Source: Asaia bogorensis (GTDB lineage Bacteria > Pseudomonadota > Alphaproteobacteria > Acetobacterales > Acetobacteraceae). From it: a DNA stretch of 64,000 nt. Under the pieces are notes generated by a model that worked only from the letters and a program-made list of their open reading frames with translations, had not been told where the DNA came from and ran no database searches. Position numbers and translations under genes: made by a program. The stretch lies in NCBI GenBank assembly GCA_945869965.1, contig CAMBRC010000003.1, forward strand, positions 27,816-91,815, given 5' to 3'. How positions within the stretch are numbered: position 1 is the stretch's first letter; every line of letters begins with the position of its first letter. This document shows, piece by piece, positions 27,822 to 37,172 of the stretch.

Positions 27822-28262
27822 CTAGCTCCAGAACCCCACCACCCAGACCAGCACGAGGTACCTCCCAACCTTGGCGATGCCGACCAGCAACACAAAGCGC
27901 CAGAGCGGCTCTCGCAGCATTCCGGCGATCACCGTCAGCGGATCGCCGATGACTGGCACCCAACTCAGCAGCAGCGACCAGTGCCCCCACTTCGCGTACT
28001 GGCCGCCAGCACGGGCGAGCGCTTCGGGCGAGGCGGGAAACCATTTGCGATCGGCAAAGCGCGCGATGCCGCGGCCCAGCCCCCAGTTGACCATGCTGCC
28101 GAGGACGTTGCCAAAACTGGCAACTGCCAACAGCAACACCATCGGTTGATGCCCGGCAAGAACAAGCCCGGCCAACGCCGCCTCGGACTGCATCGGCAGA
28201 ATCGTGGCGGCGAGGAAGGCGGCGAGGAACAGGCCGCCATAGGCCGCGGCATCGCCCAACAC
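27822..28262 (-). CDS. YqaA family (DedA-related) membrane protein
   Basis: 146 aa with the pattern ILPMQSEAAL...GNVLGSMVNWGLGR...IGDPLTVIAG. Confidence 0.65.
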   Translation of the reverse strand: MLGDAAAYGGLFLAAFLAATILPMQSEAALAGLVLAGHQPMVLLLAVASFGNVLGSMVNWGLGRGIARFADRKWFPASPEALARAGGQYAKWGHWSLLLSWVPVIGDPLTVIAGMLREPLWRFVLLVGIAKVGRYLVLVWVVGFWS

Positions 28263-28263
28263 G

Positions 28264-30408
28264 TTACTCGGCGAACCGGGTTACCACGTTGCGGATCAGC
28301 CGGGAGACCTGGTTGTCGAACTTGTTCCACGGCAGGCTGCCGCAGAAGGTGATGGAGCCCACGGAGAACACCGCGCCACCCATTGCGGTTTCGAAATACA
28401 CCATGTCGCTGCGGATCAGCGGGTCTGGCGCGTTGCTCATCAGGTTCTCGCGCGGCGTCAGCACATCCTCGGGCGTCACGCCGAAATGCGCCTGGTGGCC
28501 CTCGGAGCGGCACAGGATACGGGTATGCGGCGGCGTGCCCAGCAACGGGTCGGCACGGTCCAGCTCGAAGCCCGCCGCGCCACCGCCGGAGAAGCCGAAA
28601 TCGCCGATCACCTCGCCGTCGACACCGTCAAAGATCCAGGCGAGATCTGCGGCATAGCTGTCCGGCAAGCGGCGGTAGTAGCTTCCCTCGAACCGTCCCT
28701 GGGCGGAAAATCCGACGCCGGCGAGCTTCTGCGGCGCGCGATCCTGGCGCCGCCATAGTCCGCCGTAGCCGCCGTCGAAGGCATGGAAATACTCGCCGTT
28801 ATCGGCGGCCCAGGCACGCGTGCCGGACTCGGTGCGGCGCAGTTCCAGCACGTCCGGCACCTCGGCGCTGACTGCCACGCGCCAGTAGAAGCCGTTGCCG
28901 CCGAGATAGACCAGCCGGCCGCCGGTGGCGGTGTAGTCGCGCAGGGCGTCGAGCGTGCCGAGGCTGTGGTATTCCGGGTGCGAGCCGGTCAGGACGGTCT
29001 TGTAGCGCGCCAGCAGGCCGACGCCCTCGGCTTCGATGTCGTGGTCGGTGATGGCGTCCCAGGCGATGCCCATGGCGTCGAGCCAGGCGGCGAGGTGCAT
29101 GTCGGCGGGGAAGTGGCGCAGGCCGGAACCGCGCTGGTCGGGATAAGCGACCTGGCCGGGGCGGAAGGTCAGGATCGGCCGGCGCATCGACGACAAGGCG
29201 ACGCCAGAGCCGTCGGCGTGCCAGTCATAGGTCGACAGCCCGTACTCCTTGTGCTCGGCCGGATGATGCGGATAGCTGCCCCAATCGGCGCGGCGAGCAC
29301 GGTACGCGGCGTCGAAATTGCCGCGGTCGTAATTGGCGTAAACTTGGTAGGTGTAGGTCGGGAACAACAGCGCGACCTTGGCCGTGGCGGTGCCCGGCGG
29401 CGGCAGCACGAAAAACGGGATGATGTCCTCGTCGATGCCGGCGCGCAGTCGTACGCCATAGACCCCGCTCGGCAAATCCAACGGCACGGTATAAGAAAAA
29501 TCCGTCTGCCATGCGGCGTCATAGAGATCGTCGGCGTGGAAATGGATGGCGGCATACTGCTCCGGCGCATCACGCCAGCGCATCTCGTCGCCGCTCCAGA
29601 ATGCCCCCCGGCTGGCCCGCGTCGGCAGGTTCTTCAACTGGCCATGCAGGCGGTGCGGGCCGCGGTCGGTGATCCGGTCGCTGGCCATGCCGAGGGAGAA
29701 ATCCCACCACGCATGCAGCGCGGTGCGCGGCAATTGGGTCGGCTCCAGCGGCGTCGCGCCATTGAAGCTTCCGCGCAGGATCATCGGGTGTTCGAGGCGC
29801 CCGTTGAAATGATCGCGGCACGGATGCTCGCCACCATCGATATCGGCGGCGAGGACCAGGCGCTTCGGCGCCGGCAGCGTGGCGGCGAGGCTGGCGCTGC
29901 CATCGCCGGATGTGCCCCAGTCCTGGTGCAGCTTGTGTTGGATCAGGCGCACGCCGCCGGCAGTGGCGACAAGGCGCAATTCATACCAGCGCCGCGCGAT
30001 CATCGGCGCATCGACGCGGCATTCCTGGCCGCCCACGCGTAGCATCGCCCCCTGCGCCGTTGCGAACAGGCAAACCCCGTCCCACGCCAGCACCGCCTGG
30101 GCCCGCCCATCAAGCAGCCAGGGCTGCACCCGGATCGAAAACGTCCAGTCACCGTCGAGCGAAAGGCCGTCGCACGCGATTTCGGCCCAGGACCCGTTAT
30201 GAATCGCCTGGACCCGGCCGGGGTAGCTGCCGGCAAACGCCGCCGCCACCGGCTCCATCTTCATGCCCGGCCCCGCCGGGTTGGGATCGGCACTGCGGAT
30301 GTGCACGAGGTCCGCGCGATACTCGGCATGGGCGGACGAAACCTTCAGCGCGATGGCGCCTCCGGCACGAACCGAAAAGCGATCGGCATAGCCCGTCAGC
30401 TTCAGCAT
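28264..30408 (-). CDS. N,N-dimethylformamidase large(beta)-subunit-like protein
   Basis: 714 aa. An N-terminal LamG-like segment and a C-terminal region with LVYLGGNGFYWRV resemble the DmfA2-like family (recalled). The start overlaps the upstream stop by 1 nt (TGATG). Confidence 0.5.
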   Translation of the reverse strand: MLKLTGYADRFSVRAGGAIALKVSSAHAEYRADLVHIRSADPNPAGPGMKMEPVAAAFAGSYPGRVQAIHNGSWAEIACDGLSLDGDWTFSIRVQPWLLDGRAQAVLAWDGVCLFATAQGAMLRVGGQECRVDAPMIARRWYELRLVATAGGVRLIQHKLHQDWGTSGDGSASLAATLPAPKRLVLAADIDGGEHPCRDHFNGRLEHPMILRGSFNGATPLEPTQLPRTALHAWWDFSLGMASDRITDRGPHRLHGQLKNLPTRASRGAFWSGDEMRWRDAPEQYAAIHFHADDLYDAAWQTDFSYTVPLDLPSGVYGVRLRAGIDEDIIPFFVLPPPGTATAKVALLFPTYTYQVYANYDRGNFDAAYRARRADWGSYPHHPAEHKEYGLSTYDWHADGSGVALSSMRRPILTFRPGQVAYPDQRGSGLRHFPADMHLAAWLDAMGIAWDAITDHDIEAEGVGLLARYKTVLTGSHPEYHSLGTLDALRDYTATGGRLVYLGGNGFYWRVAVSAEVPDVLELRRTESGTRAWAADNGEYFHAFDGGYGGLWRRQDRAPQKLAGVGFSAQGRFEGSYYRRLPDSYAADLAWIFDGVDGEVIGDFGFSGGGAAGFELDRADPLLGTPPHTRILCRSEGHQAHFGVTPEDVLTPRENLMSNAPDPLIRSDMVYFETAMGGAVFSVGSITFCGSLPWNKFDNQVSRLIRNVVTRFAE

Positions 30409-31751
30409 CAGACAACCTCGCGCGGCAGCGTTTCAATCGCCGCGGTAAAGCGCCGCATCATCTCGTCGATTTCCGCCGCGGTGATGATCAGCGGCGGAGC
30501 AAAGTTGATGGTGTCGCCAACAACCCGCAGCAACAGCCCCTGGTCCATCATTGCCTGCAGCATCGCTTGGCCGCGCAGGCCGGGCTGGCCCGGGATCGGA
30601 CGAAGCTGCACCGCGCCACCGAGCCCCAGCGCGCGGGTGTTGAACACCAGTTCATGCTGGGCGAAGGAATGGATGTGCTGCTGCAAGCGCGGCCCCACGA
30701 TCCCGACATGGCCGAGCAGGTCGCGCTCCTCGATGATCTCCAGCATCCGCAGCGCCACGGCGGCGGCCACGGGATGCCCGGAATAGGTCGCAGCGTGCGG
30801 CATGGTGCCGATGACATCGGACGCCCGTTCGAGCACGTCATAGAAATCGCCAGACATCACAATCGCCGAAATCGGCTGGTATGCCGCCGACAGCGCCTTG
30901 GCCAGGCTCATGCAATCCGGCGTGAAGCCGAAGGTCTCGGCGGCGAACATGTGCCCGGTGCGGCAGAAGCCGGTGATCACCTCGTCGTCGAACATCTGGA
31001 TACCGTAGCGGTCCAGAATCGCGCGCAACCCGGTCATGTAGCCGTCAGGCGGCAGCACGCATCCGGCGGAATACGAGACGGGATCAAGGATCATCGCCCC
31101 CACGGTCTCCGGCCCCGCCCGCTCGATCGTCTGCTCGACCTCCAGCAGCATGCGCCCGGTGAACTCCGCCTCGCTCTCGCCTTCCAGCGCCGCGTTGACG
31201 AAATCCGGCTGGCTGACCGTCAGCGCATCATCCATCGGCAGGTTGAACGCCGCCGCGGTGCCGGGAAACCCGCCCAGTGCCGCGGTCGCCATGGTGCCGC
31301 CGTGATAGCTGCCGGCGCGGGCGATCACCTTGGTGCGCTTGGGTTCGCCCAGATAGGCATTGCGAAAGCGCATGAACTTGATCAGGAAATCGTTCGCCTC
31401 CGACCCCGTCGAGGCAAACGCCACGCGCGCGTCCTTCATCGGCGCCATCGCCGCCAGCTTCTCGCCCAGCGCCAGCGCCGCTGGCACCGTGCGGTAAACC
31501 CCGGAGGCATAGGCCGGCAGGTTGCGCATCTGCCGGACCGCCGCCTCGATCAGGTCTTCGTCGGAAAATCCCAACGCCGCGCAATAGAACGTCGCGGTGC
31601 CCTCGATGAACTCACGCCCGTTCTCGTCGATCACAAAGATGCCGCGCCCGCGCTCGATCACCATCGGCCGCGTGGTGCGCGCCCGGCGCAGATTGGTGAA
31701 ACCGATCAATGCCGCGTTGTCCGGCGTGTTGTCGCCACGGGAAATGCGCAT
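30408..31751 (-). CDS. class III (omega-type) PLP-dependent aminotransferase
   Basis: 447 aa with [20 protein letters not shown] and LAKALSA, the aminotransferase class III motifs. Confidence 0.8.
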   Translation of the reverse strand: MRISRGDNTPDNAALIGFTNLRRARTTRPMVIERGRGIFVIDENGREFIEGTATFYCAALGFSDEDLIEAAVRQMRNLPAYASGVYRTVPAALALGEKLAAMAPMKDARVAFASTGSEANDFLIKFMRFRNAYLGEPKRTKVIARAGSYHGGTMATAALGGFPGTAAAFNLPMDDALTVSQPDFVNAALEGESEAEFTGRMLLEVEQTIERAGPETVGAMILDPVSYSAGCVLPPDGYMTGLRAILDRYGIQMFDDEVITGFCRTGHMFAAETFGFTPDCMSLAKALSAAYQPISAIVMSGDFYDVLERASDVIGTMPHAATYSGHPVAAAVALRMLEIIEERDLLGHVGIVGPRLQQHIHSFAQHELVFNTRALGLGGAVQLRPIPGQPGLRGQAMLQAMMDQGLLLRVVGDTINFAPPLIITAAEIDEMMRRFTAAIETLPREVV

Positions 31752-31897
31752 CCGGATGCCTCGCCTGTTGCGTTGCCGAGAGCGTGGCCAACCCTGCCAG
31801 CCCCGTCAATCCGCTGCCCGGTTTGCCCGATCCCGGCCGCTCCCCGATACTGTGCGAAATGGTGCGCCACTGCCGGCCGCGCCCGGAGAAACCGCGC

Positions 31898-32524
31898 ATG
31901 AGCATCGAGCTTTGGACCTGGAACACCCCGAACGGCCGCAAGATCAGCGCGGCATTGGAGGAGATGGGGCTGGCCTATACGGTCAAGCCGGTGAACATCT
32001 CCAAGAACGAGCAGTTCAACCCTGACTTCCTCAAGATCTCGCCGAACAACCGCATCCCCGCCATCGTCGACCCCGACGGGCCCGGCGGAAAACCGATCAC
32101 GGTCTTCGAGTCCGGCGCGATCCTGATTTATCTCGGCGCCAAGACCGGCAAATTCTGGCCGTCTGACCTGCGCGCCCAAGTGCCGGTGCTGGAATGGCTG
32201 ATGTGGCAGATGGGCGGCTTCGGCCCGATGCCCGGCCAGGTGCACCACTTCCTGGCGGTCGAAAACGAACAGGACCGCCGCTACGGCCTGGAACGCTACA
32301 AGAAGGAAACCCTGCGCCTGTACGGTGTCGCCGACCGCCGCCTCGCCGAAGTCGAGTTCTTCGCGGGCAGCATCTCGATTGCCGATTTCGCCATCCTCGG
32401 CTGGGCCTGGCGCCATGAACGCCACCAGGTCGACCTGGCACAATTCCCCAACGTCCGCCGCTGGTACGAAACCATGATGGCCCGCCCGGCCACCCAGCGC
32501 GGCTTCGAGGTGGCGCTCAGCTAG
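31898..32524 (+). CDS. glutathione S-transferase family protein (YfcG/Nu-class like)
   Basis: Start at MSIELWTWNTPNGRKI; collinear with E. coli YfcG from memory (TPNG.KI, ISPNN.IPAIVD, FESGAIL.YL, ERY..E..RLY). Confidence 0.75.
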   Translation: MSIELWTWNTPNGRKISAALEEMGLAYTVKPVNISKNEQFNPDFLKISPNNRIPAIVDPDGPGGKPITVFESGAILIYLGAKTGKFWPSDLRAQVPVLEWLMWQMGGFGPMPGQVHHFLAVENEQDRRYGLERYKKETLRLYGVADRRLAEVEFFAGSISIADFAILGWAWRHERHQVDLAQFPNVRRWYETMMARPATQRGFEVALS

Positions 32525-32530
32525 CCTCTC

Positions 32531-32578
32531 CGCCCCGGCCAGCGGCGCATGTGACGCGCCGTCATTTGACGGCCGGGG
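32531..32578 (+). other. nested GC-rich stem-loop downstream of the GST gene (possible terminator)
   Basis: GCCCCGGCC...GGCCGGGGC encloses GGCGC-ATGTGAC-GCGCC. There is no clear T-tract. Confidence 0.3.
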
Positions 32579-32631
32579 CGCCACCCCCTAGAACGCCTCT
32601 AGCAAACGTCGTGTCACTTACGTCTCCAGGC

Positions 32632-32723
32632 GGAGGGGTGGCCGAGCGGCTGAAGGCGACGGTTTGCTAAATCGTTGTACGGGTTAAACCGTACCGTGGG
32701 TTCGAATCCCATCCCCTCCGCCA
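32632..32723 (+). tRNA. tRNA-Ser (anticodon GCT) with encoded CCA
   Basis: Acceptor stem GGAGGGG/CCCCTCC, D-arm GCCGAGCGG, anticodon loop TTGCTAA, long variable arm GTACGGGTTAAACCGTAC, T-arm GGGTTCGAATCCC, discriminator G plus CCA. Confidence 0.9.
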
Positions 32724-32783
32724 ACTACCATAATCTCAATAATTCAAAGGCTTATGAGGCACCACGGACCCCATCCGAGGCCT

Positions 32784-32806
32784 TTTGCACCCACATTTGC
32801 ACCCAC
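32784..32806 (+). repeat. direct repeat TTTGCACCCAC x2 (12-bp period) between the tRNA and the integrase gene
   Basis: Read directly. It could be an arm-type recombinase binding site (speculative). Confidence 0.6.
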
Positions 32807-32894
32807 GTTCGATTGGATACATACCTGCCCCCGCACGCGGCTCTTCCCCCAAGACTGGGTAGGATGCCCACCGCCTGCCGAGCAGGAGACCCGC

Positions 32895-34085
32895 ATGGCC
32901 ACCGTCAAGGTGCCGCTGATGGAGTTGCGCCGTAGGGTGTGGGTGGTCCGAATGCGGGTCCCTGAGGCCCTCAGGAATTTGGCAGGGCGTTCCATCTTCT
33001 CCCAGACCACAGGGCACCGAAACGCGATCCTCGCTGCTCCTGTAGCCACCCAGATCGTGGCGGGTTGGAAGCAACAATTGGTGGAGATGCAGGACCTCAA
33101 GGTAAGCCTGGATGCAGAGAACCGCTACCGTTACCACCCTCGTGGCTACACCCCACCCCCTCCAGAACCCGGCAGCCCGGCCGCAAGGAAGGCGGCGAGG
33201 GTCCTGAAGGCCAAGCTGGTGGCTGCCTCTGGGCCATCCGCAGAGGCCATCAAGGTGTGGTCAGAGGCCCTCCCAATGAAGCCCCGTCAGGCCCAACAGT
33301 ATGCCGGCGATGTCACCCTCTGGACCGGCACCGCTCTGCCCACGCCTGAGGGTGCGGACCTGGGCCTCCAGGCCTATGCGGACAGGCGTGCTACGGCGGG
33401 GGACAGCATCAAGACCATCCAGCGGCGCCTCGCGGCCATCAGGCGGTTCCTCAAGGATGCTGGATACCGCCCCGACCTTCTGGCGGAGAGGGTCACCCCA
33501 AAGGTTCTCAAAGACGCTCCGAAGGCCGCCAAGCGATCATCCTTCACCCGTGCCCAGGTGGAGGCACTGGCCACCCTTGCCGGTTCCTCCGGGGACAAGC
33601 CCCTCCAGGACCTCATCACCCTTGCCCTCTTCACTGGTGCCCGACTGGAGGAGTTGGCGACCCTCAAGGTCTCGGGCCTGGATTGGTCCAGGAGGTCCTT
33701 GGCGGTGTCCTCCAAGACTGAGGCAGGTGCCAGGGACATCCCGATACACAGCGCCCTCGCACCGCTCCTGGGGGCCTTGGTGGAGGCGGTTGAGGGGCCT
33801 GACGGCTATTTGCTGCCTTCAACGGCCCGCAACAAGCTGGGAGAGCGGGGGATGGCATTTGGGAAGCGGTTCGGACGCCTCAAGACCGCTGAGGGGTATG
33901 GATCAACCCTCGTGTTTCACAGCATCCGCAAAACCGTCGCCACGGCCCTACAGGACTGCCGCTGCCCCGAGCCCACGGCGGCTGACATCCTCGGCCATGA
34001 GATGCAGACCATGTCGTATGGGGTGTATTCGACGGGGTCCAGCCTGGAGACCCGCCGGGAGTGGCTGGAGCGGGCCTTGCCGTAA
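32895..34085 (+). CDS. tyrosine-type site-specific integrase
   Basis: Start at MATVKVPLMELRRRVWVVRMRVP. The C-terminal catalytic region has ARLEEL, HSIRKT and LGHEMQTMSYGVYS. It lies immediately 3' of tRNA-Ser. Confidence 0.8.
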   Translation: MATVKVPLMELRRRVWVVRMRVPEALRNLAGRSIFSQTTGHRNAILAAPVATQIVAGWKQQLVEMQDLKVSLDAENRYRYHPRGYTPPPPEPGSPAARKAARVLKAKLVAASGPSAEAIKVWSEALPMKPRQAQQYAGDVTLWTGTALPTPEGADLGLQAYADRRATAGDSIKTIQRRLAAIRRFLKDAGYRPDLLAERVTPKVLKDAPKAAKRSSFTRAQVEALATLAGSSGDKPLQDLITLALFTGARLEELATLKVSGLDWSRRSLAVSSKTEAGARDIPIHSALAPLLGALVEAVEGPDGYLLPSTARNKLGERGMAFGKRFGRLKTAEGYGSTLVFHSIRKTVATALQDCRCPEPTAADILGHEMQTMSYGVYSTGSSLETRREWLERALP

Positions 34086-34134
34086 CTTCTGGCGCCCGAG
34101 CAAGCCACCTTTGGGTTCAGGCCATTGCCCGGAT

Positions 34135-34405
34135 TGTGGACGTCTGGGGTTGCCCCGTTTCGGTAGACGGTTTGTCGGCTTGCGGGCTAGGCGTCGGTCA
34201 CGGTGGATTGCATGTCTGCTTCGTAGGCCATTGGCGAACGATATCCCAGCGCCGAATGGAGCCGCACTGTATTGTACCAGCTTTCGATGTAGCTGAAGCA
34301 TGCCATCCTGGCTTCAGCCTGTGATGCGAACCGGCGGCGGCTGAGGAGTTCGGCTTCGAGCGTGGAGAAGAAGCTCTCGGCCATTGCGTTGTCATAGGCA
34401 TCCCC
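34135..34405 (-). mobile_element. IS3-family insertion sequence remnant (3' end only)
   Basis: Contains only the last ~72 codons of an IS3 OrfB transposase. The putative terminal inverted repeat begins TGTGGACG at about 34135 (tentative). Confidence 0.55.
34187..34405 (-). pseudogene. IS3 family transposase, C-terminal fragment
   Basis: GDAYDNAMAESFFSTLEAELL...YNTVRLHSALGYRSP is the conserved end of the rve integrase core. Homology stops abruptly at about 34405, where Nramp homology begins on the other strand. Confidence 0.75.
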
Positions 34406-34414
34406 TATCCGCTG

Positions 34415-35521
34415 ATGACCGCGATTCAGTCGATCTGCGCGCGTATTGGTCGCGTCACCGGGCAGGGCCTGGCCGCCAACATGGCGCACGTGCTGCCGCG
34501 CTGGCTGGTGCATGTCATTGTGCTGCTGTTGTTCATCGCCAATGTCGTGAACATCGGCGCCGACCTTGCCGCCATGGGGGCTGCCGCGGGTTTGGTGCTG
34601 GGCGGTGCCGGTCATGGCACCGAGGTGGCCTTCGCGGTGGCGTTTGCCGTGGGATCGCTGCTGTTGCAGGTCTTCGTGCCGTACCACCGCTACGTGCATG
34701 TCTTGAAATGGCTGACCCTCAGCCTGCTCGCCTATGTCGGCGTGCTCTTCACCGTGGCGATCGACTGGGGGGCGGTGCTGCGCGGGATCCTGTGGCCGCA
34801 GTTGACCGCCTCGCGCGACGTCGTGGTGGCGGTGGTCGCGGTATTCGGGACCACGATCAGCCCCTATATGTTCTTCTGGCACAGCGCCGAGGAGGTCGAG
34901 GACGAAGTCTTGTCCGGTGCTGGCGCGCTGCTCGACTATCCCCAGGACGCGCCGGTCGAGCTTCAGCGCATCGCCTGGGACACCTGGTTCGGCATGGGCT
35001 TCTCCAGCATCGTCTCGTTCTTCATCGTGCTGACCACGGCCGTCACCCTGCACACGGCGGGGATCACCGACATCGCCACCTCGGCCGACGCGGCGCAGGC
35101 GTTGCGGCCGATCGCCGGTAATTTCGCCTTCCTGCTGTTCAGCCTTGGCATCATCGGCACCGGGTTGCTCGCGCTGCCGGTGCTGGCGGGGTCGGCCGCC
35201 TACGCCATTGGCGAGTTGCGCGGCTGGCGCGTCGGGCTGGAGGAGCGGCCGGACAATGCGCGCGGCTTCTATGGCGTGATCGCGCTGGCCTTCGCGCTGG
35301 GCCTGCTGATGCTGTTCCTGCCGATCGACCCGATCAAGGCGCTGTTCTGGAGCGCCGTGCTGAACGGCCTGATCGCGGTGCCGCTGATGACCGCCACAAT
35401 GATCGTGGTTTCCAGCCAAGCCCATCTCGGCGCCTTTGTGGCGCCGGCCATGCTCAGGATCGTCGGCTGGACCGCCACCGCGGTGATGGCCGCCGCGGCG
35501 GTGGCGATGTTCGCGCTATAG
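34415..35521 (+). CDS. Nramp family divalent metal transporter, 5'-truncated (probable pseudogene)
   Basis: Homology starts at (I)PYPLMTAIQSICARIGRVTG. Full-length relatives carry about 55-60 more N-terminal residues including the TM1 metal-binding motif (recalled). First in-frame ATG is at 34415. Confidence 0.6.
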   Translation: MTAIQSICARIGRVTGQGLAANMAHVLPRWLVHVIVLLLFIANVVNIGADLAAMGAAAGLVLGGAGHGTEVAFAVAFAVGSLLLQVFVPYHRYVHVLKWLTLSLLAYVGVLFTVAIDWGAVLRGILWPQLTASRDVVVAVVAVFGTTISPYMFFWHSAEEVEDEVLSGAGALLDYPQDAPVELQRIAWDTWFGMGFSSIVSFFIVLTTAVTLHTAGITDIATSADAAQALRPIAGNFAFLLFSLGIIGTGLLALPVLAGSAAYAIGELRGWRVGLEERPDNARGFYGVIALAFALGLLMLFLPIDPIKALFWSAVLNGLIAVPLMTATMIVVSSQAHLGAFVAPAMLRIVGWTATAVMAAAAVAMFAL

Positions 35522-36328
35522 CACCCGCCGCAGCGCCGCGCGAACCCGGCTGCCCGCGGCCGGCGGGTTTTCCGGCGGACCGGCAAAGCATTGCGCCAGC
35601 GCCATCCAGGCCCGTGCCGCCGCGCCTTCCACCTGCAACCCGGTGTCGGCGATGTTGCGGGTCTGGGCCGCCACCTGGCAGAACGCGATGGCGTCGCCGG
35701 CGACCAGCCCGCCCTCGCCGGGCCACTGCCAGGGTTCGCCGAACGGCGTGTCCAGCTGCACCTCGGGCTGCGGGCCCGGTGGTTCCTGGCCGCGATTGCG
35801 AAAGGTCCAGCCATAGGTGCGCACGCCGATCTCGGCGATGTTGCGCAGGCGCGGCGAGGCGGGGGGCCGTTCGACGCCGATCAGGTCGTAGATCGCCTGG
35901 CCGTGCGACCAGGTTTCCATCTGCCGGGCGGTGGCGAACATGCGCAGCCCCATGCCGGGGCCGGCCCAGGGCATGCGGGTTTCCGGCGCCAGCAGGGCCA
36001 GCCGGTCGCACAGGACCAGCGCGGTGCGCTGCCAAAGGTCGAGCAGCGCCTTGCCTTGCGGATCGCCGAGCCGCTCGCGGGTCGCCTGGACATTGGTCAG
36101 GCCGCGTTGGCGCAGCGCCTGCATCTCCGCCCGAAAGGCGGTGAAGGCCTCGATCCCGTCGGCCGAGGCCATCGCCATCAGGTCGCTGTGGTGCAGGTGC
36201 TGAACCACATCCTCCGGCGTCCAGGCCTTGAAGCCGGTGGGCGCGGTCCAGGCATCCGCCGGCATGGCGGCGAGGAGCGCGTGTAATTCGTCGACTTCGT
36301 CGCGGAAATCCTTGATCTGCGGGATCAT
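35516..36328 (-). CDS. DinB/MDMPI-like metal-binding protein (TIGR03084-like)
   Basis: Start at MIPQIKDFRDEVDELHALL (ATG at 36328); pattern WTPEDVVQHLHHSD...ARQMETWSHGQAI. Confidence 0.55.
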   Translation of the reverse strand: MIPQIKDFRDEVDELHALLAAMPADAWTAPTGFKAWTPEDVVQHLHHSDLMAMASADGIEAFTAFRAEMQALRQRGLTNVQATRERLGDPQGKALLDLWQRTALVLCDRLALLAPETRMPWAGPGMGLRMFATARQMETWSHGQAIYDLIGVERPPASPRLRNIAEIGVRTYGWTFRNRGQEPPGPQPEVQLDTPFGEPWQWPGEGGLVAGDAIAFCQVAAQTRNIADTGLQVEGAAARAWMALAQCFAGPPENPPAAGSRVRAALRRVL

Positions 36329-36348
36329 CGTGCTCACCTCGGCCCCCT

Positions 36349-37146
36349 CTATCTCGGCCACGCGCGGACGGACAGGAAGCCGCCGTCGATCGGCAACATC
36401 ACCCCGGTGACCCAGCGCGCCTCGTCGCTGGCCAGGTAGACCGCGGCGTGGCCAACATCCCAGCCGGTGCCTTCGGTTTGCAGTGGCACGCCTTTTCGCC
36501 GGCGTTCGCGCGCCTCCTCGCCCATGTGGGCGACCATCGGGGTGTTGACGGTGCCGACGATGATGCAGTTGGCGCGGATGCCGTGGGCGGCGTAGTCGGC
36601 GGCGATCGACAGGGTGAAGCCCTGCAGACCGGCCTTGGTGGTGGTGTAGGCGACCGCGCCGGGCGAGCCGGACAGCCCGGTCATGCCGGCGATCGAGGAG
36701 ACGTTGATGATCGCGCCGCTGCCCTGCGCCTTCATGTGCGGAAGGACGGCGCGGCAGGACAGCAGGGCGGAGGTGAGGTTGATGCGGAAGACGCGCTCCC
36801 ATGCCTCCATGGTCACCGTCTCCGGCGTGCCGGCGGCGCCGATGCCGACATTGTTGTGCAGGATGTCGATGCGGCCGAAATGGTCGAGCGCGGTTTGCGC
36901 CATCAGCGCGGTGCCGGCCTCGTCGGCGGCATCGGCGGCGACGGCCAGGGCGGTGCCGCCGGATTCGCGGATAGTGGCCGCCAGCGCCTCGGCGCGGTCC
37001 AGCGAGCGGTTGACCAGGACCACTTTCGCCCCCTCGCGCGCGAACAGGATCGCGGCGGCCGCGCCATTGCCGATGCCCTCGGCGCGCGATGCCGCCCCGG
37101 TCACGATCGCCACCTTGCCGTCCAGCCGCCCCTTTGGCCGCCCCAT
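36349..37146 (-). CDS. SDR family oxidoreductase
   Basis: VAIVTGAASRAEGIGNG cofactor motif, NNVG, and the YTTTK active-site motif. The start could alternatively be at 37176. Confidence 0.75.
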   Translation of the reverse strand: MGRPKGRLDGKVAIVTGAASRAEGIGNGAAAAILFAREGAKVVLVNRSLDRAEALAATIRESGGTALAVAADAADEAGTALMAQTALDHFGRIDILHNNVGIGAAGTPETVTMEAWERVFRINLTSALLSCRAVLPHMKAQGSGAIINVSSIAGMTGLSGSPGAVAYTTTKAGLQGFTLSIAADYAAHGIRANCIIVGTVNTPMVAHMGEEARERRRKGVPLQTEGTGWDVGHAAVYLASDEARWVTGVMLPIDGGFLSVRAWPR

Positions 37147-37172
37147 TGCCTGTTCCCCCCGGGTTTGGCCGA

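Noticed and set aside
32525-32631. Nested GC hairpin after the GST gene, considered as a REP element or as an attachment-site repeat of the island
   Set aside because: It has no second copy in the window and no similarity to the tRNA 3' end. It is most simply a transcript-end structure upstream of the tRNA gene.
34187-35425. 412-aa minus-strand ORF spanning the IS stub and the Nramp region
   Set aside because: It is a chimera. Only the last ~72 residues are transposase-like; the rest is the antisense of the Nramp coding sequence and is low complexity.
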